Part shown: piece by piece, positions 1 through 10,006 of the stretch
How positions within the stretch are numbered: position 1 is the first letter of the stretch
Layout: every line of letters starts with the position of its first letter
Assembly (NCBI GenBank): GCA_965232535.1
Contig: CBDDPW010000021.1
Coordinates: 519,700 to 583,699, forward strand
Source: Candidatus Poribacteria bacterium
Lineage (GTDB): Bacteria > Poribacteria > WGA-4E > JAJDTR01
DNA length: 64,000 nucleotides
Reading direction: 5' to 3'
The notes under the pieces: model-generated
The model's database searches: none
What the model saw: the letters and a program-made list of their open reading frames with translations, nothing else
Told to the model about the DNA's origin: nothing
Position numbers and translations under genes: made by a program

Positions 1-2699
1 CTCGACATTAAAGCCCGGCGGTAGACTCAAGGCTTTCACCGAGGGTTGGATGCCCACAATCGCCCGCTGATGGCAGTGACCGTGGAAAAGGATGTCTTTC
101 CGATCATCGGTAAAATCCAGGTTGAGTTCGCCCGCTTCATGAGCATCCATCAGAAACTCGTCGATCATGAAGGCATGCTCTCCGACGAGTTTGGCATCAC
201 TGCCCTCAATCAAATCGACGTAATCATCTCGCAGCGCCAAGACACAGCTCGGCTCACACCCGACGATGGGGATTCCCTTCGCCGCGTACGGTTTTAACTG
301 TTCGACATTGTATCGCGCATTTTCAATCGCCTGATCAAGCATACCCTTGGAAATCATCGGGCGCCCGCAGCACTTTTTCTGCGGCAAGATTACCTCGAAC
401 CCCGCAGTTTCCAGCACATGGAGCGCCGCCTCTCCGATGTGAGGGTAGTTATAGTTCATAAAGGTATCGTGAAAGAGAACAACTTGTTTTCTCTGATTTC
501 CGGTTGGGCGCTGCCGTCCTGCAAACCGTTTCTCGAAAGTTCTGTGGACAAATCTTGGCAAGGAACGCCGTTGATCTACTCCAACGTATTTTTCCAAGAT
601 TCGCTTGGAAAACCGACGGTTAGCGAACCAATTCGACAGCGGCGCAAACTTCGATCCAAACTTGCTGAACCGGGCAATATCTCCAAAAAGGCGATTGCGG
701 ATCGGCAACCCGCGTTCTTTGTAGTAGTGGGCAAGAAACTCGTATTTGATCTTTGCCATATCCACATTCGATGGACATTCCGCTTTACAGGCTTTGCACT
801 CCAGGCAAAGATCAAGCACTTCGTGAAGCCGTTCGCTCTTGAAATCCTCGCGCGCCAGATTTCCTGAAATGACAGCGCGCAGAGCATTTGCCCTGCCGCG
901 GGTGGAATGTTCCTCTTCACGCGTTCCGATAAAAGAGGGCACATTGTTCCTGTCAAGGTCTTTCGACATGCCCCGACGCCGTTGCACATCTCAATCGCCC
1001 CGGCGAATCCGTCTTGGCTCGAAAAATCAAAGTAGGTATCAATCTTGATAGTGCGATAGTTTGGTCCAAACCGTAACGATTCGGTCATTGGCGGCGGATC
1101 AATAATCTTACCCGGATTCATGATGTTGGTCGGGTCAAAAGCGGATTTGACTTCACGCAAGGCACCGTAGATCCGGGGGCCGAACATGCTTTCGATCCAT
1201 TCGCTGCGCACAAGCCCGTCGCCGTGCTCGCCACTCATTGCACCGCCGAGTTCCATCAGCAGATCTCGAACATGCGCGGCGATAGAGTGCATCTTCTGAA
1301 TATCGGACTCCGACTTGAGATTAATGACCGGTCGATTATGAAGCAATCCAACACTAGCGTGCGCATAGTGGGAGGCGGTTGTATCGTGGTCGGCGACAAT
1401 TTTGTCGAATCGCCGCACATACTCGGGCAGATCCTTAATTGCAACAGCGGCATCTTCAACAAACCCAACCGGTTTATGATCTCCCGTCGTACCCATGAGC
1501 AATCCAAGCCCCGCTTTCCGCGTCTCCCAGACACGTTGCTTTTCTTCGGCGGTAAAACAGCGCACGAAAGCGTACCCTAAACCAACGGATTTCATTTTGC
1601 GCTCAAGAGCGTCAAGTTTTTCGTACAGTTCATCGTTGGAGTCGCCGTAGAATTCCACTGCCAGAACTGCGCCGGGATCGCCTTTAATGAAATTGGCTAC
1701 TCGCGAGAACTCAAGCGACTGCTTCGTCATGTTGATGATTTTGTCATCGATTAGTTCAACTGCGGTCGGATTACAGTCTAGAATAGGTTGCATCGCCTCC
1801 ATCGACTCAATCAGGGTCTCGAAGTGCAGTACGTTGAGTGCGGTCATTTTGGGCGTTTCGACCAGATCAATTTTTGCTTCGGTAATGGTTGCAAGCGTGC
1901 CCTCCGATCCGACGACAATCTTGGCGAGGCTGAACGGTCGGTCGGCGTCACAACCATCACGCCGGTACGGGGTAACCTCTTTCGTTCCCGCATCAGAAAT
2001 GTACTCGTCCAAGTTGTATCCCGCGACACGCCTGAGAATGCGTGGGTAGCGTTTCCGAATTTCTTCCTCGTTCTCCGCCGTGATTCTACAGATTTCTCGG
2101 TAGATGTGCCCCTCGTCCGAGTCTCCCTCACATTTCGTCGCAAGTTCCTCATACGAAATCGGCTCGGCAATAATCTCGTCGCCGTTAGAAAGAACAAGGC
2201 CAAGCGACATGACATGGTCGATGGTCTTACCGTAAATGAGCGAGTGCGACCCGGCAGAGTTGTTGCCGATTGTGCCGCCTACATTCGCTCGACTACTTGT
2301 CGCCAAGTCCAGTGGATACATCAGACCGTGGGGTTCGAGGTAGTGATTCAAATTATCGATTACGATTCCCGGTTGTACTCTAGCCCATCTTTCCTCGACA
2401 TTGACCTCAATGATTTGATTCATATATTTGGACATGTCGATGATGATAGCTTCCCCTACGGTTTGTCCTGCCAAACTCGTTCCCCCGCCTCGTGGTAGGA
2501 TGGGTACATTTCGTTCATAAGCGATTTTGACCGCCGCAATGACATCCGCTTTGTTTTTCGGTACGACAACGCCAATAGGTTCTATCTGATAAAGGCTCGC
2601 ATCCGTGCTGTAGAGCGCTTTGGAATACGGATCGAAGCGGACTTCGCCTTCAATTTGTCTCAATAGGATTTGTTCCAGTTCTTTGGTCGGATCGTTCAT
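1..2699 (-). pseudogene. FAD-binding (PCMH/GlcD-like) oxidoreductase fused to 4Fe-4S and CCG (GlcF/HdrD-like) domains; frame broken by an apparent 1-nt deletion near 937-939; C-terminus runs off the left edge
   Basis: N-terminus has the FAD_binding_4 pattern (VVVPKNKADV..LPRGGGTSLAGQ). After CNGVGACRKTLTGTMCP the listed frame turns to nonsense. Shifting one base at tgccc|tcttttatc restores CPSFIGTREEEHSTRGRANALR..CLECKACKAECPSNVDMAKIKYEF..KKCCGRPM..GCEPSC..HGHCHQ, which stays open to position 1. I checked this by hand translation of 1-960. Confidence 0.75.
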
Positions 2700-2911
2700 T
2701 CTTGTCTCTACTTGCTTTCAATTATACGGTGAAGTATTTTTCTATACAGATTAGATCTTACACAGCATCAGGAGTATTACGATAGGCAGGGCGTCTTGCC
2801 ATGCCGCGCATAGGCGGTTGTGATCGGGAGGAGATCTCTAAGAGTTCCGTTGCGAATGTCCTAAAAGGGAAGGATTCATAAAGCACATTACATCTGATTC
2901 TAGCGTCCGAA

Positions 2912-4108
2912 TCACATCCACTCCGCCAGTGAGAAGCGTTTACCCGTTTCCGCCGCGATATAAGCCCCGTAGCAGACGGCGACGATGTCTCGCCCCAGTT
3001 CAACGGTGCTCTTGGGTTGTCGTCCACACGAAATCGAATCGCAGAAATCTTGGAGTTCATGGGGAAAACCGTTCATCCAATCTTCGTCGGGGTTGGTAAA
3101 TTGCCATCCCGATCGCGTTTCCACTTTTTCCCGGATGTAGGTGTCTCCCAAGATATCGTCGCTAGGGGCGTAGGTCAACATGCCGGTATTCGGGTTGATA
3201 TTGCAATGCACGACGGCTTTGCTCGAATAGACCGAGATGATGTTTTGGATACCGCCAAGCACCATGTCTGACGCCGTAATCTGCGCGATAGAATCGTCCG
3301 AGAATGTAATCATCATGGATGACCAATCTTCGCAATCTTTCCAGCCTTCGCGTACCCACTTGCCATCTTCCGCCAAGAAACTCTCTATGTGAGTGAGATT
3401 CGCCACCTCTGCGGTGACGCTTTTCGGTTTGATGGGACTTCCGTATTTTCTTACGCCTTCGCAATATTTTAGATAGAGCGCGGCACCAAGAGGATGGCAT
3501 CCCTTATTAATAAGGCTGCCTCCGCCGGAATAGCGCCATTCTTTCGCGTATTCCGAGTGCGATCCGCTGTGTGATTCCTCGCCAGAAATGCGTAGAATCG
3601 TGTTGTCGCTCTCCGCAAGGATATCGTTTGCCTTGGTCACGCTTGGCGCATAAACCCAGTTTTCACCGTAGCAAAAGGTGACCCCGTTCCGAGTGACCGC
3701 GTCCACTACTTCGTCCGCGGCTCTAAGCGCATCTTCAAACATTTGGCGACGGGGTGTTGTGTGTCCGATTAGTGCAGCCTCGCCATTGCCAAAATATCCT
3801 GTGAGCGGTTTCTCGCAGATAATATGTTTTCCGGCTTCGGCGGCTTGAAGCGACAGCGGATAGTGCAAGTAGTTTGGAACGCAGAGGTCAACGATCTCTA
3901 TCTCGGGATCATTCAGAATCGCCGCGTGAGAATCGTAAACTTTCTCAAGGTCGTGTGTCTCGGCGAAGGCGGCTGCTTTTTCTTTTGATTTTGAGGTTAC
4001 GCCTTTAATTCGGACGTTGAGTCCGGGGATTCGCTTGTAGTTTTCAATATGGAATGACGCGGCAAATCCCGCGCCAATCATGCCGATGATAATGGGTTTG
4101 GTTGTCAT
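2912..4108 (-). CDS. Gfo/Idh/MocA family NAD(P)-dependent oxidoreductase
   Basis: 398-aa ORF. N-terminal Rossmann motif IIGMIGAGFAASFH, EKP motif (ICEKPL), typical length. Confidence 0.85.
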   Translation of the reverse strand: MTTKPIIIGMIGAGFAASFHIENYKRIPGLNVRIKGVTSKSKEKAAAFAETHDLEKVYDSHAAILNDPEIEIVDLCVPNYLHYPLSLQAAEAGKHIICEKPLTGYFGNGEAALIGHTTPRRQMFEDALRAADEVVDAVTRNGVTFCYGENWVYAPSVTKANDILAESDNTILRISGEESHSGSHSEYAKEWRYSGGGSLINKGCHPLGAALYLKYCEGVRKYGSPIKPKSVTAEVANLTHIESFLAEDGKWVREGWKDCEDWSSMMITFSDDSIAQITASDMVLGGIQNIISVYSSKAVVHCNINPNTGMLTYAPSDDILGDTYIREKVETRSGWQFTNPDEDWMNGFPHELQDFCDSISCGRQPKSTVELGRDIVAVCYGAYIAAETGKRFSLAEWM

Positions 4109-4630
4109 AGCTCTATGGGACTGAAATTTCCAATTGGATTTATCGGTGAAGGCATAAAACCCATGAATTTTGGAGCATTGAAATCAAGACAATCTAAAGC
4201 CGTGGCCAGTTATGCTCTACGGGTACTCTTCCGTACATTTTATCAGGATCAAGTATCAAGATTTTCTATCGCACGGGATCGGCTATGAAATCTCCGTCGC
4301 ACTCGCTTGAATCTTCATTGCTTCAAACATGTCGGTGTGTTATTCAAACGGGGTTATTCTATCCGATTTATACTCTGTTTTCAACGGTAATCTGTGGAGG
4401 GGAAACAACCTTATCGCCCCGGAGTTTTTTGGAGAGTATTCGCGCATAGATGGACTTGCTTTAATTTTAGGTGCTCCAGGGAATCTCTATCGCACCTTCC
4501 AGACTTCGGAGGAAGATAGAATTATCGAATTCTTCGCTTAATCTTCATTCAGATTTTGGTACAGATAAATGCCATTACCACAATAATGTTTGATTATTAA
4601 TCGCGGCGACTATTGAAGTCGGGATCGGAG

Positions 4631-4656
4631 CCGCGATTCGGAGATTTCCCCTACAG
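4631..4656 (+). repeat. REP-like hairpin, class A variant (ccgcgattcggagatttcccCTACag)
   Basis: Shares gcgattcggaga...CCTACAG with the class A copies listed below. Confidence 0.6.
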
Positions 4657-4715
4657 TGGCAAACTGAGACTATAAATGTACCCATAGATTGACACTTTCG
4701 ATTCTTGGAAAAACA

Positions 4716-4745
4716 TTGACATCGGGACAACCGCTTTGATATATT
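4716..4745 (+). promoter_or_regulatory. candidate sigma70-type promoter upstream of the S8 peptidase gene
   Basis: TTGACA at 4716-4721, an 18-nt spacer, then TATATT at 4740-4745, about 35-40 nt upstream of the start codons at 4780/4786. Sequence match only. Confidence 0.35.
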
Positions 4746-4779
4746 CCGAACGCTTTTGCGTATCGAATAAAGAGGAAAA

Positions 4780-6675
4780 TTGGAAATGTGGTTGACTCAA
4801 AATGCTGTGCGCGCCAAAACATTTGTCGCACTTCTACTCTACTCCTCAGCAGCGGTCTGTATTGATTCTCCCGCCTATCCCGCCGACAGTTCGCTTGCGA
4901 GGCACGCCAAAGTCTCCAGGCTACTGCGTAGTGCGGAGATCCATGAAAATCTAAAGGTGTGGGTAGTTTTCAATGACAAGGGACTTTCGACGGAAGACCA
5001 AGTGTACACTGCATTGGAAACGTACGAATCCCAGATGTCCGTGCGTACCAAGCGCCGCCGCGCTCGCAGGACAGACCTCCCATTCCCCGATATTACCGAT
5101 GTCCCGGTTTCATCTACGTACCTTGATGCTGTGCTTAACGTGGGTGGAAGACTACGCGGCAAGAGTCGGTGGCTCAACGCGATTTCGCTTGAGGCAACCT
5201 CCGCCGAGATTGCCGAGATTGCTCGACTGCCCTTTGTGCGTGCTATCGATCCGATCGAGATTTATGAAAGCACATCTCGACACTCGGAATCGCTACGGGG
5301 TTCCTCGTCTCAGGAAGCACCTCCCGGATTTGCACAGTTAAACTACGGGAATTCACGAGTCCAAATAGAACAGATTCAAGCCAACTTTCTGCACGAGTCG
5401 GGGTTCCGCGGGGAGGGAATGGTAATTGGTCTCTTGGACACGGGATTCAGCTTGGAGCACACCGCACTTCAGCGGGTTGATGTTATTGGCCAGTACGACT
5501 TTGTCAACGATGACGAAAATCCGATGGATGAGATTGGTCAGGACGATCCCGGTGAGGATGATCACGGCTCGATTGTTCTCGGCATACTCGCGGCGAACGC
5601 GCCGGGAACTCTCATGGGGGTTGCTCATCGCGCCAGTTATTTACTTGCCAAGACTGAGAAAGCCTTTCAAAACGGGCAGGAGTTTGAGCACCTCATCGAA
5701 GAGGACTGGTGGATAGAGGGACTGGAATGGGCCGAGGAGATGGGCGCGGAAATCATCTGCAGTTCGCTCGGTTATTCAAAATGGTACCGCTTCGAAGACC
5801 TTGACGGGAAGACCTCAAAATTAACCATTGCCGCAAATCTCGCCGTAGAGAAGGGGATGTCCGTAATTGTCGCAGCGGGAAATCTGGGAGACCAGCCCCC
5901 CGGTGAATTGGGCTTAGGCGGACACATCAGTGTGCCTGCCGATGGATTCGACGTGCTCGGTATCGGCTCGGTTGACCGTCATGGTAGGGCCCTCCAATTC
6001 AGTTCGCGGGGGCCAACATTTGATGGACGGATAAAGCCGGATGTCGTCGCCATGGGGCTCGGCGTAACAAGCATCGACCCGCTGGAGCGGAGCCGTTTCG
6101 TCCATAATTACCGCGGCACATCGGCGTCCGCTCCTCTTGGCACGGGCGTGGTTGCGCTACTGATGCAGGCGTTCCCTCTCGCCTCGCCTCGCGATATCGC
6201 GACCGCGGTTCGATCAACCGCCTCCCAATCGCACGCACCGGATAACACAGTTGGGCACGGCATCATCCGCAGCCGCACCGCTTTTGAAGCCTTATTTGCG
6301 CAATTTGGTGAAACCGGAAAGCCCGAACCTAGCAGCCTTCAATTCCCTCCCAACTCGCTGCCGGTTACGGTAGGCAGCTTGAAACACGGCGTCTTATTGC
6401 AGAATTATCCCAACCCGTTCAATGCGGAGACTTGGATTCCATTCAGACTGATGCAGCCGAGCCGGGTAACGATTCGCATATTCGATTTGCGAGGCGGCTT
6501 GATTTCTCGTATCGCGATTGGCAGTCTCCCTATCGGGAATTATTCGGCGAAGCCCGAGGCGGTATACTGGAATGGCCGTAACCTTAACGATGAACGGGTG
6601 GCGAGCGGAGTCTATTTTTATGAGTTGGAGGCTTCGGGAGAAAGACACGTGCGGAGTTTAACAGTGTTGGAATAG
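4780..6675 (+). CDS. secreted S8 (subtilisin-like) serine peptidase with C-terminal beta-sandwich sorting/FlgD-Ig-like domain
   Basis: Catalytic triad contexts GLLDTGF (Asp), DDHGS (His), GTSASAP (Ser). N-terminal signal-like segment. C-terminal LLQNYPNPFNAETWIPF...GVYFYEL resembles T9SS/FlgD-type C-terminal domains. The start may be ATG 4786, with AGAGGA 9 nt upstream. Confidence 0.85.
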   Translation: MEMWLTQNAVRAKTFVALLLYSSAAVCIDSPAYPADSSLARHAKVSRLLRSAEIHENLKVWVVFNDKGLSTEDQVYTALETYESQMSVRTKRRRARRTDLPFPDITDVPVSSTYLDAVLNVGGRLRGKSRWLNAISLEATSAEIAEIARLPFVRAIDPIEIYESTSRHSESLRGSSSQEAPPGFAQLNYGNSRVQIEQIQANFLHESGFRGEGMVIGLLDTGFSLEHTALQRVDVIGQYDFVNDDENPMDEIGQDDPGEDDHGSIVLGILAANAPGTLMGVAHRASYLLAKTEKAFQNGQEFEHLIEEDWWIEGLEWAEEMGAEIICSSLGYSKWYRFEDLDGKTSKLTIAANLAVEKGMSVIVAAGNLGDQPPGELGLGGHISVPADGFDVLGIGSVDRHGRALQFSSRGPTFDGRIKPDVVAMGLGVTSIDPLERSRFVHNYRGTSASAPLGTGVVALLMQAFPLASPRDIATAVRSTASQSHAPDNTVGHGIIRSRTAFEALFAQFGETGKPEPSSLQFPPNSLPVTVGSLKHGVLLQNYPNPFNAETWIPFRLMQPSRVTIRIFDLRGGLISRIAIGSLPIGNYSAKPEAVYWNGRNLNDERVASGVYFYELEASGERHVRSLTVLE

Positions 6676-6746
6676 GGTTGGAAAAAGGAAGGATGGAGGA
6701 TGGAAGAAGTAGTGATCGGTAGGGAGTGGCCAGATCTGAAGGGGAT

Positions 6747-6777
6747 GAAACCGAGCCATCGGGAGAAACTCGGTTTC
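6747..6777. repeat. class E palindromic hairpin (GAAACCGAG-N13-CTCGGTTTC) between convergent genes
   Basis: 9-bp perfect stem. Lies between the S8 peptidase stop (6675) and the M42 peptidase stop (6789). Confidence 0.75.
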
Positions 6778-6788
6778 GCGCCGGATTT

Positions 6789-7856
6789 TTATACGAGTGA
6801 AGCAACGGCGTTTTTGTCGAGTTTTGGAAGGAGCTGTAGGAGTAGATCAAGCGTCGCCAAATAGTCGTCGATGTTGATGATTGACACGTGGCTATGAATG
6901 TATCGTGCGGGTACGCCCAATACAATTGAGGGCACGCCGCTTCCGACCTGGTGAATCGAGCCTGCATCTGTTCCACCGGATTGACGCACCGCGAGCTGAT
7001 GAGGAATCTGATGCGACTTCGCAGTCTCAACGACGAACTCACATAGCCGGGGGCTTGGAATCATCGTTGGGTCGTACAGCCGAATCTGTACGCCGCCTCC
7101 AAGTCTTCCTTGCACGGCGTCACTATCGGTTCCCGGGGTATCGTCTGCCGGGGGACCTTCCAAGACTATGGCGACGTCGGGTTGAACTATATGCGCCACC
7201 GTTCGGGCTCCGCGCAATCCCACCTCCTCTTGTGCGCTGCCGGAACCGACTACCGTGTTCGGGTGTTTACCGAGTTTTTGGAGCGTTTGAATCACAAGCG
7301 CCACCCCGAGACGGTTATCAAAGGCTTTCGCGGAATACAGTTTGGGATTCTTCATCGGCATAAAGGGAGCGTACGGGACGATTGGACATCCGGGCACGAC
7401 GCCAAATTCATCGGAAGCTTGATCGTCACTTTCTGCCCCGATATCAATAAATAGATTCTGAAATTCCATCACCTTCTCGCGCGAACCGGTACCGAGGAGG
7501 TGAGGCGGAATGGAACCGATGACTCCTGGAACTTTTCCGCGCTTGGTCACGATGTGCACCCGCTGAGCGAGCAGCGTATGCGCCCACCAGCCACCCACCG
7601 GAAGGAATTTTACATACCCGGAATCCGTTACGCGTTGTACGATGAAACCGACCTCATCAAGATGAGAATCGAGAAGAACGCGAGGTTCGCGAGCCTCTCC
7701 TTGTTTGGTACAGAAGATGCTACCCAATCGATCTCTGTCGATAGGACCGATATGCGCCAGACGGGATTGGAAAATTGCTTGTACTTCGGTCTCATGTCCA
7801 GGGATTCCGGCAGCTTGGGTCAGTTCTTCCAGTAACTCAATTGATTTTTGGCCCAT
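6789..7856 (-). CDS. M42 family metallopeptidase (FrvX/YsdC-like aminopeptidase)
   Basis: 355-aa ORF with LLDSHLDEVGF, AFDNRLG and QEEVGLRGA motifs typical of M42 peptidases. Confidence 0.85.
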   Translation of the reverse strand: MGQKSIELLEELTQAAGIPGHETEVQAIFQSRLAHIGPIDRDRLGSIFCTKQGEAREPRVLLDSHLDEVGFIVQRVTDSGYVKFLPVGGWWAHTLLAQRVHIVTKRGKVPGVIGSIPPHLLGTGSREKVMEFQNLFIDIGAESDDQASDEFGVVPGCPIVPYAPFMPMKNPKLYSAKAFDNRLGVALVIQTLQKLGKHPNTVVGSGSAQEEVGLRGARTVAHIVQPDVAIVLEGPPADDTPGTDSDAVQGRLGGGVQIRLYDPTMIPSPRLCEFVVETAKSHQIPHQLAVRQSGGTDAGSIHQVGSGVPSIVLGVPARYIHSHVSIINIDDYLATLDLLLQLLPKLDKNAVASLV

Positions 7857-8509
7857 ATTATTTCCTTTACATTTTCTTCGTAATGTCTCGAATTCTGTAT
7901 CCCTATGACGACATATAGAACTTGTTTGAAATCTCTAGGTATCGCTCGAAAAACGCCGTTTAGCCTTCCTAGAAAATTTCATACTTTTCATAATTTTCAT
8001 ACCAAAATGGAGATTAGAAACAGCGTAGGAAAGGCGCGGGAATCCTTGCTATGACTGGATTTTATGGCGTTTCGGTATTTAGGTCATTTAGACATTGTTA
8101 TGAAACCTTGTCTGCCATTTAAGGCAATTAGGGTTTCAGCTTGACGCCTAGATGAACGTCGCTTAGGGCTTGAACGCATGTCGGGTGACAAAGCTTCTTT
8201 TAGTCGTTATTGAAGAAAGCATCCTTGAATTGACGATGGTTAAGCTCATCCTTTAAGGGTCGCGATCAGGAGATTGGTCGGACCAGCCAACGTGTATCAG
8301 CGTGATTATACTCTATTTGGCTGACTCAATCAATGCGTCAAAATATTTACCTGAGTTCGCATCTATGAACAGTATGCTTCATCCCGTCCCCACGCGGCGG
8401 GCTTCGGAAAAATCGTGGACAACCTTCTCAAGTTTTGGTAGAATGAGACTATAACAGAGGTTTACTTCTTGAGGTCAGCGTACAAGCTCAATCTGAAAGG
8501 ACGCATTAA

Positions 8510-9241
8510 ATGGCAGAAAAGAACGTGAAGCAGCGGATGCGCGATGGGGAGGTCATAATGTGCGGGAAAATGGCACTAGCATCAGACCTTTCCGATGTTA
8601 GGGCTACGCTAGAAGCGGGCGGAATCGATCTTTTGCAGTGTGATAGTCAACACGTTCCGTTCAATGAGGAACGGCTCATCCCCTATTGTAACCTTGCCGA
8701 GGAGTACAATGTCCCGGTTCTGTTTCGGATAAAGAACACACGCTTAACCTACCAGATTGGAAATTGGGCGGATTTGGGACCCACGGGCTTCGAGGTGCCG
8801 CAAGTGGAAACGGAGGCTATGGTGGATGAAGCGCTAGATGCCCTTTATTACCCTCCCGTCGGTAAGCGCAGTTGGGGACCCGCCCACGGATTCGGGTTCA
8901 CGCCGGACCGTGAACGTGTCGAGTACGCCAAATGGTGGAACGAAACTTGTATACTCTTGTTACAGGTGGAGTCCGTCAACGCAGTCACGAATGCAAGGAA
9001 ATTCGCCAAAGCGGGGGTTGACTGTATCTCTTTCGGTCCCGCAGATTTGACCATTAACCTTCGCAATTACCCGCATCATCCGTTGAGTCTACCATCATCT
9101 GCACATCACCTTTTATCAGATGAGATTGTGCGACATGTTGGCGATCAGCTAAAGGGCAGCGGCGTTTCAATCTGCCTTCGCGGCATCGCACCGGAGGATC
9201 GCGACAGGTATATTGACATGGGGGTTAACGTGTTCTTGTAA
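8510..9241 (+). CDS. HpcH/HpaI-family aldolase-like protein
   Basis: 243-aa ORF. LLQVESVNAVTNARKFAKAGVDCISFGPADLT resembles the conserved HpcH/HpaI aldolase/citrate-lyase beta core. Confidence 0.6.
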   Translation: MAEKNVKQRMRDGEVIMCGKMALASDLSDVRATLEAGGIDLLQCDSQHVPFNEERLIPYCNLAEEYNVPVLFRIKNTRLTYQIGNWADLGPTGFEVPQVETEAMVDEALDALYYPPVGKRSWGPAHGFGFTPDRERVEYAKWWNETCILLLQVESVNAVTNARKFAKAGVDCISFGPADLTINLRNYPHHPLSLPSSAHHLLSDEIVRHVGDQLKGSGVSICLRGIAPEDRDRYIDMGVNVFL

Positions 9242-9347
9242 CGCTGCACTCCGGAGTTGCCGCAGCGAGTTGACATGTGCTCAGAGTTGGGGTATTGGTT
9301 GCTTCGGGGCCCACGCGGCAGTTTGTAGAATTTTCATTTGAAAGGGG

Positions 9348-9779
9348 ATGGAGATGGCTCCGGAACAACAGGGCAGACACGATTTGGTTGAGTTTCTGAT
9401 ACAGGAAAATGTCCGCCTAGAGGTTTATTGGCGAGACGATCAGGCGGGTTATGGGCCTGCGGTGTCCATCTATGCCTACGATCAGGAGGTTTTGCGGCTC
9501 GATTGTTTCGGTGAAGAAAACGACAAAAAGGGTAGGGGGCACTGTCATGTCAACTTAAGGCAAACCAGGGCGCGGCAATGGAATTACCTTCCCGGAACTG
9601 TTAAAGATCACATTGGTCAGGCGATGCATGACATGCGAGAAAATCTGAACTATTGTCTGCAGACGAATATTGATGAGAGGATTCAGAATACGACTGTCGA
9701 TTCTAGCACATTGGAACCGATTGCTGAGCAGGTCGAATCAAAAATGCTAGGTTACATGAATCAACTCGGTTTGGACTAA
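9348..9779 (+). CDS. hypothetical protein
   Basis: 143-aa ORF with GGGGATGG upstream of the ATG. No recognisable motif. Confidence 0.45.
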   Translation: MEMAPEQQGRHDLVEFLIQENVRLEVYWRDDQAGYGPAVSIYAYDQEVLRLDCFGEENDKKGRGHCHVNLRQTRARQWNYLPGTVKDHIGQAMHDMRENLNYCLQTNIDERIQNTTVDSSTLEPIAEQVESKMLGYMNQLGLD

Positions 9780-9936
9780 CAGAAAGGCAGTGACTAGTGG
9801 TCAGTGGCTAGCAGCCAGTAAAAGCAGGGGAAGCATAATACCAATAGACGTGCGATAAAGGCTTAATTCCGCTAAGAACACTTATCTAGATTTGGTTATC
9901 ACAATTTGTGTGCATCTGCCCAGGTTGCGAACGAAA

Positions 9937-9968
9937 GAAACCGAGTTTCCAAGAAGAAACTCGGTTTC
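9937..9968. repeat. class E palindromic hairpin
   Basis: gaaaccgagtttccaagaagaaactcggtttc, between convergent gene ends 9779 and 10007. Confidence 0.75.
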
Positions 9969-10006
9969 AGGGTAAGTGAGTCTATCCTACAGGGTAATAC
10001 GCGGAT

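Noticed and set aside
418-867. 149-aa + strand ORF (also 46-297 and 839-1048).
   Set aside because: It is antisense to a continuous - strand frame that encodes a textbook Fe-S/CCG domain sequence. It is spurious shadow ORFs of the frameshifted oxidoreductase.
7857-8509. 650-nt ORF-free region inspected for tRNA, ncRNA or repeats.
   Set aside because: I saw no cloverleaf or T-loop (GGTTCGAAT-like) motif and only one weak class A-like fragment (8261-8290). It is probably a divergent promoter region. I could not run a covariance-model scan.
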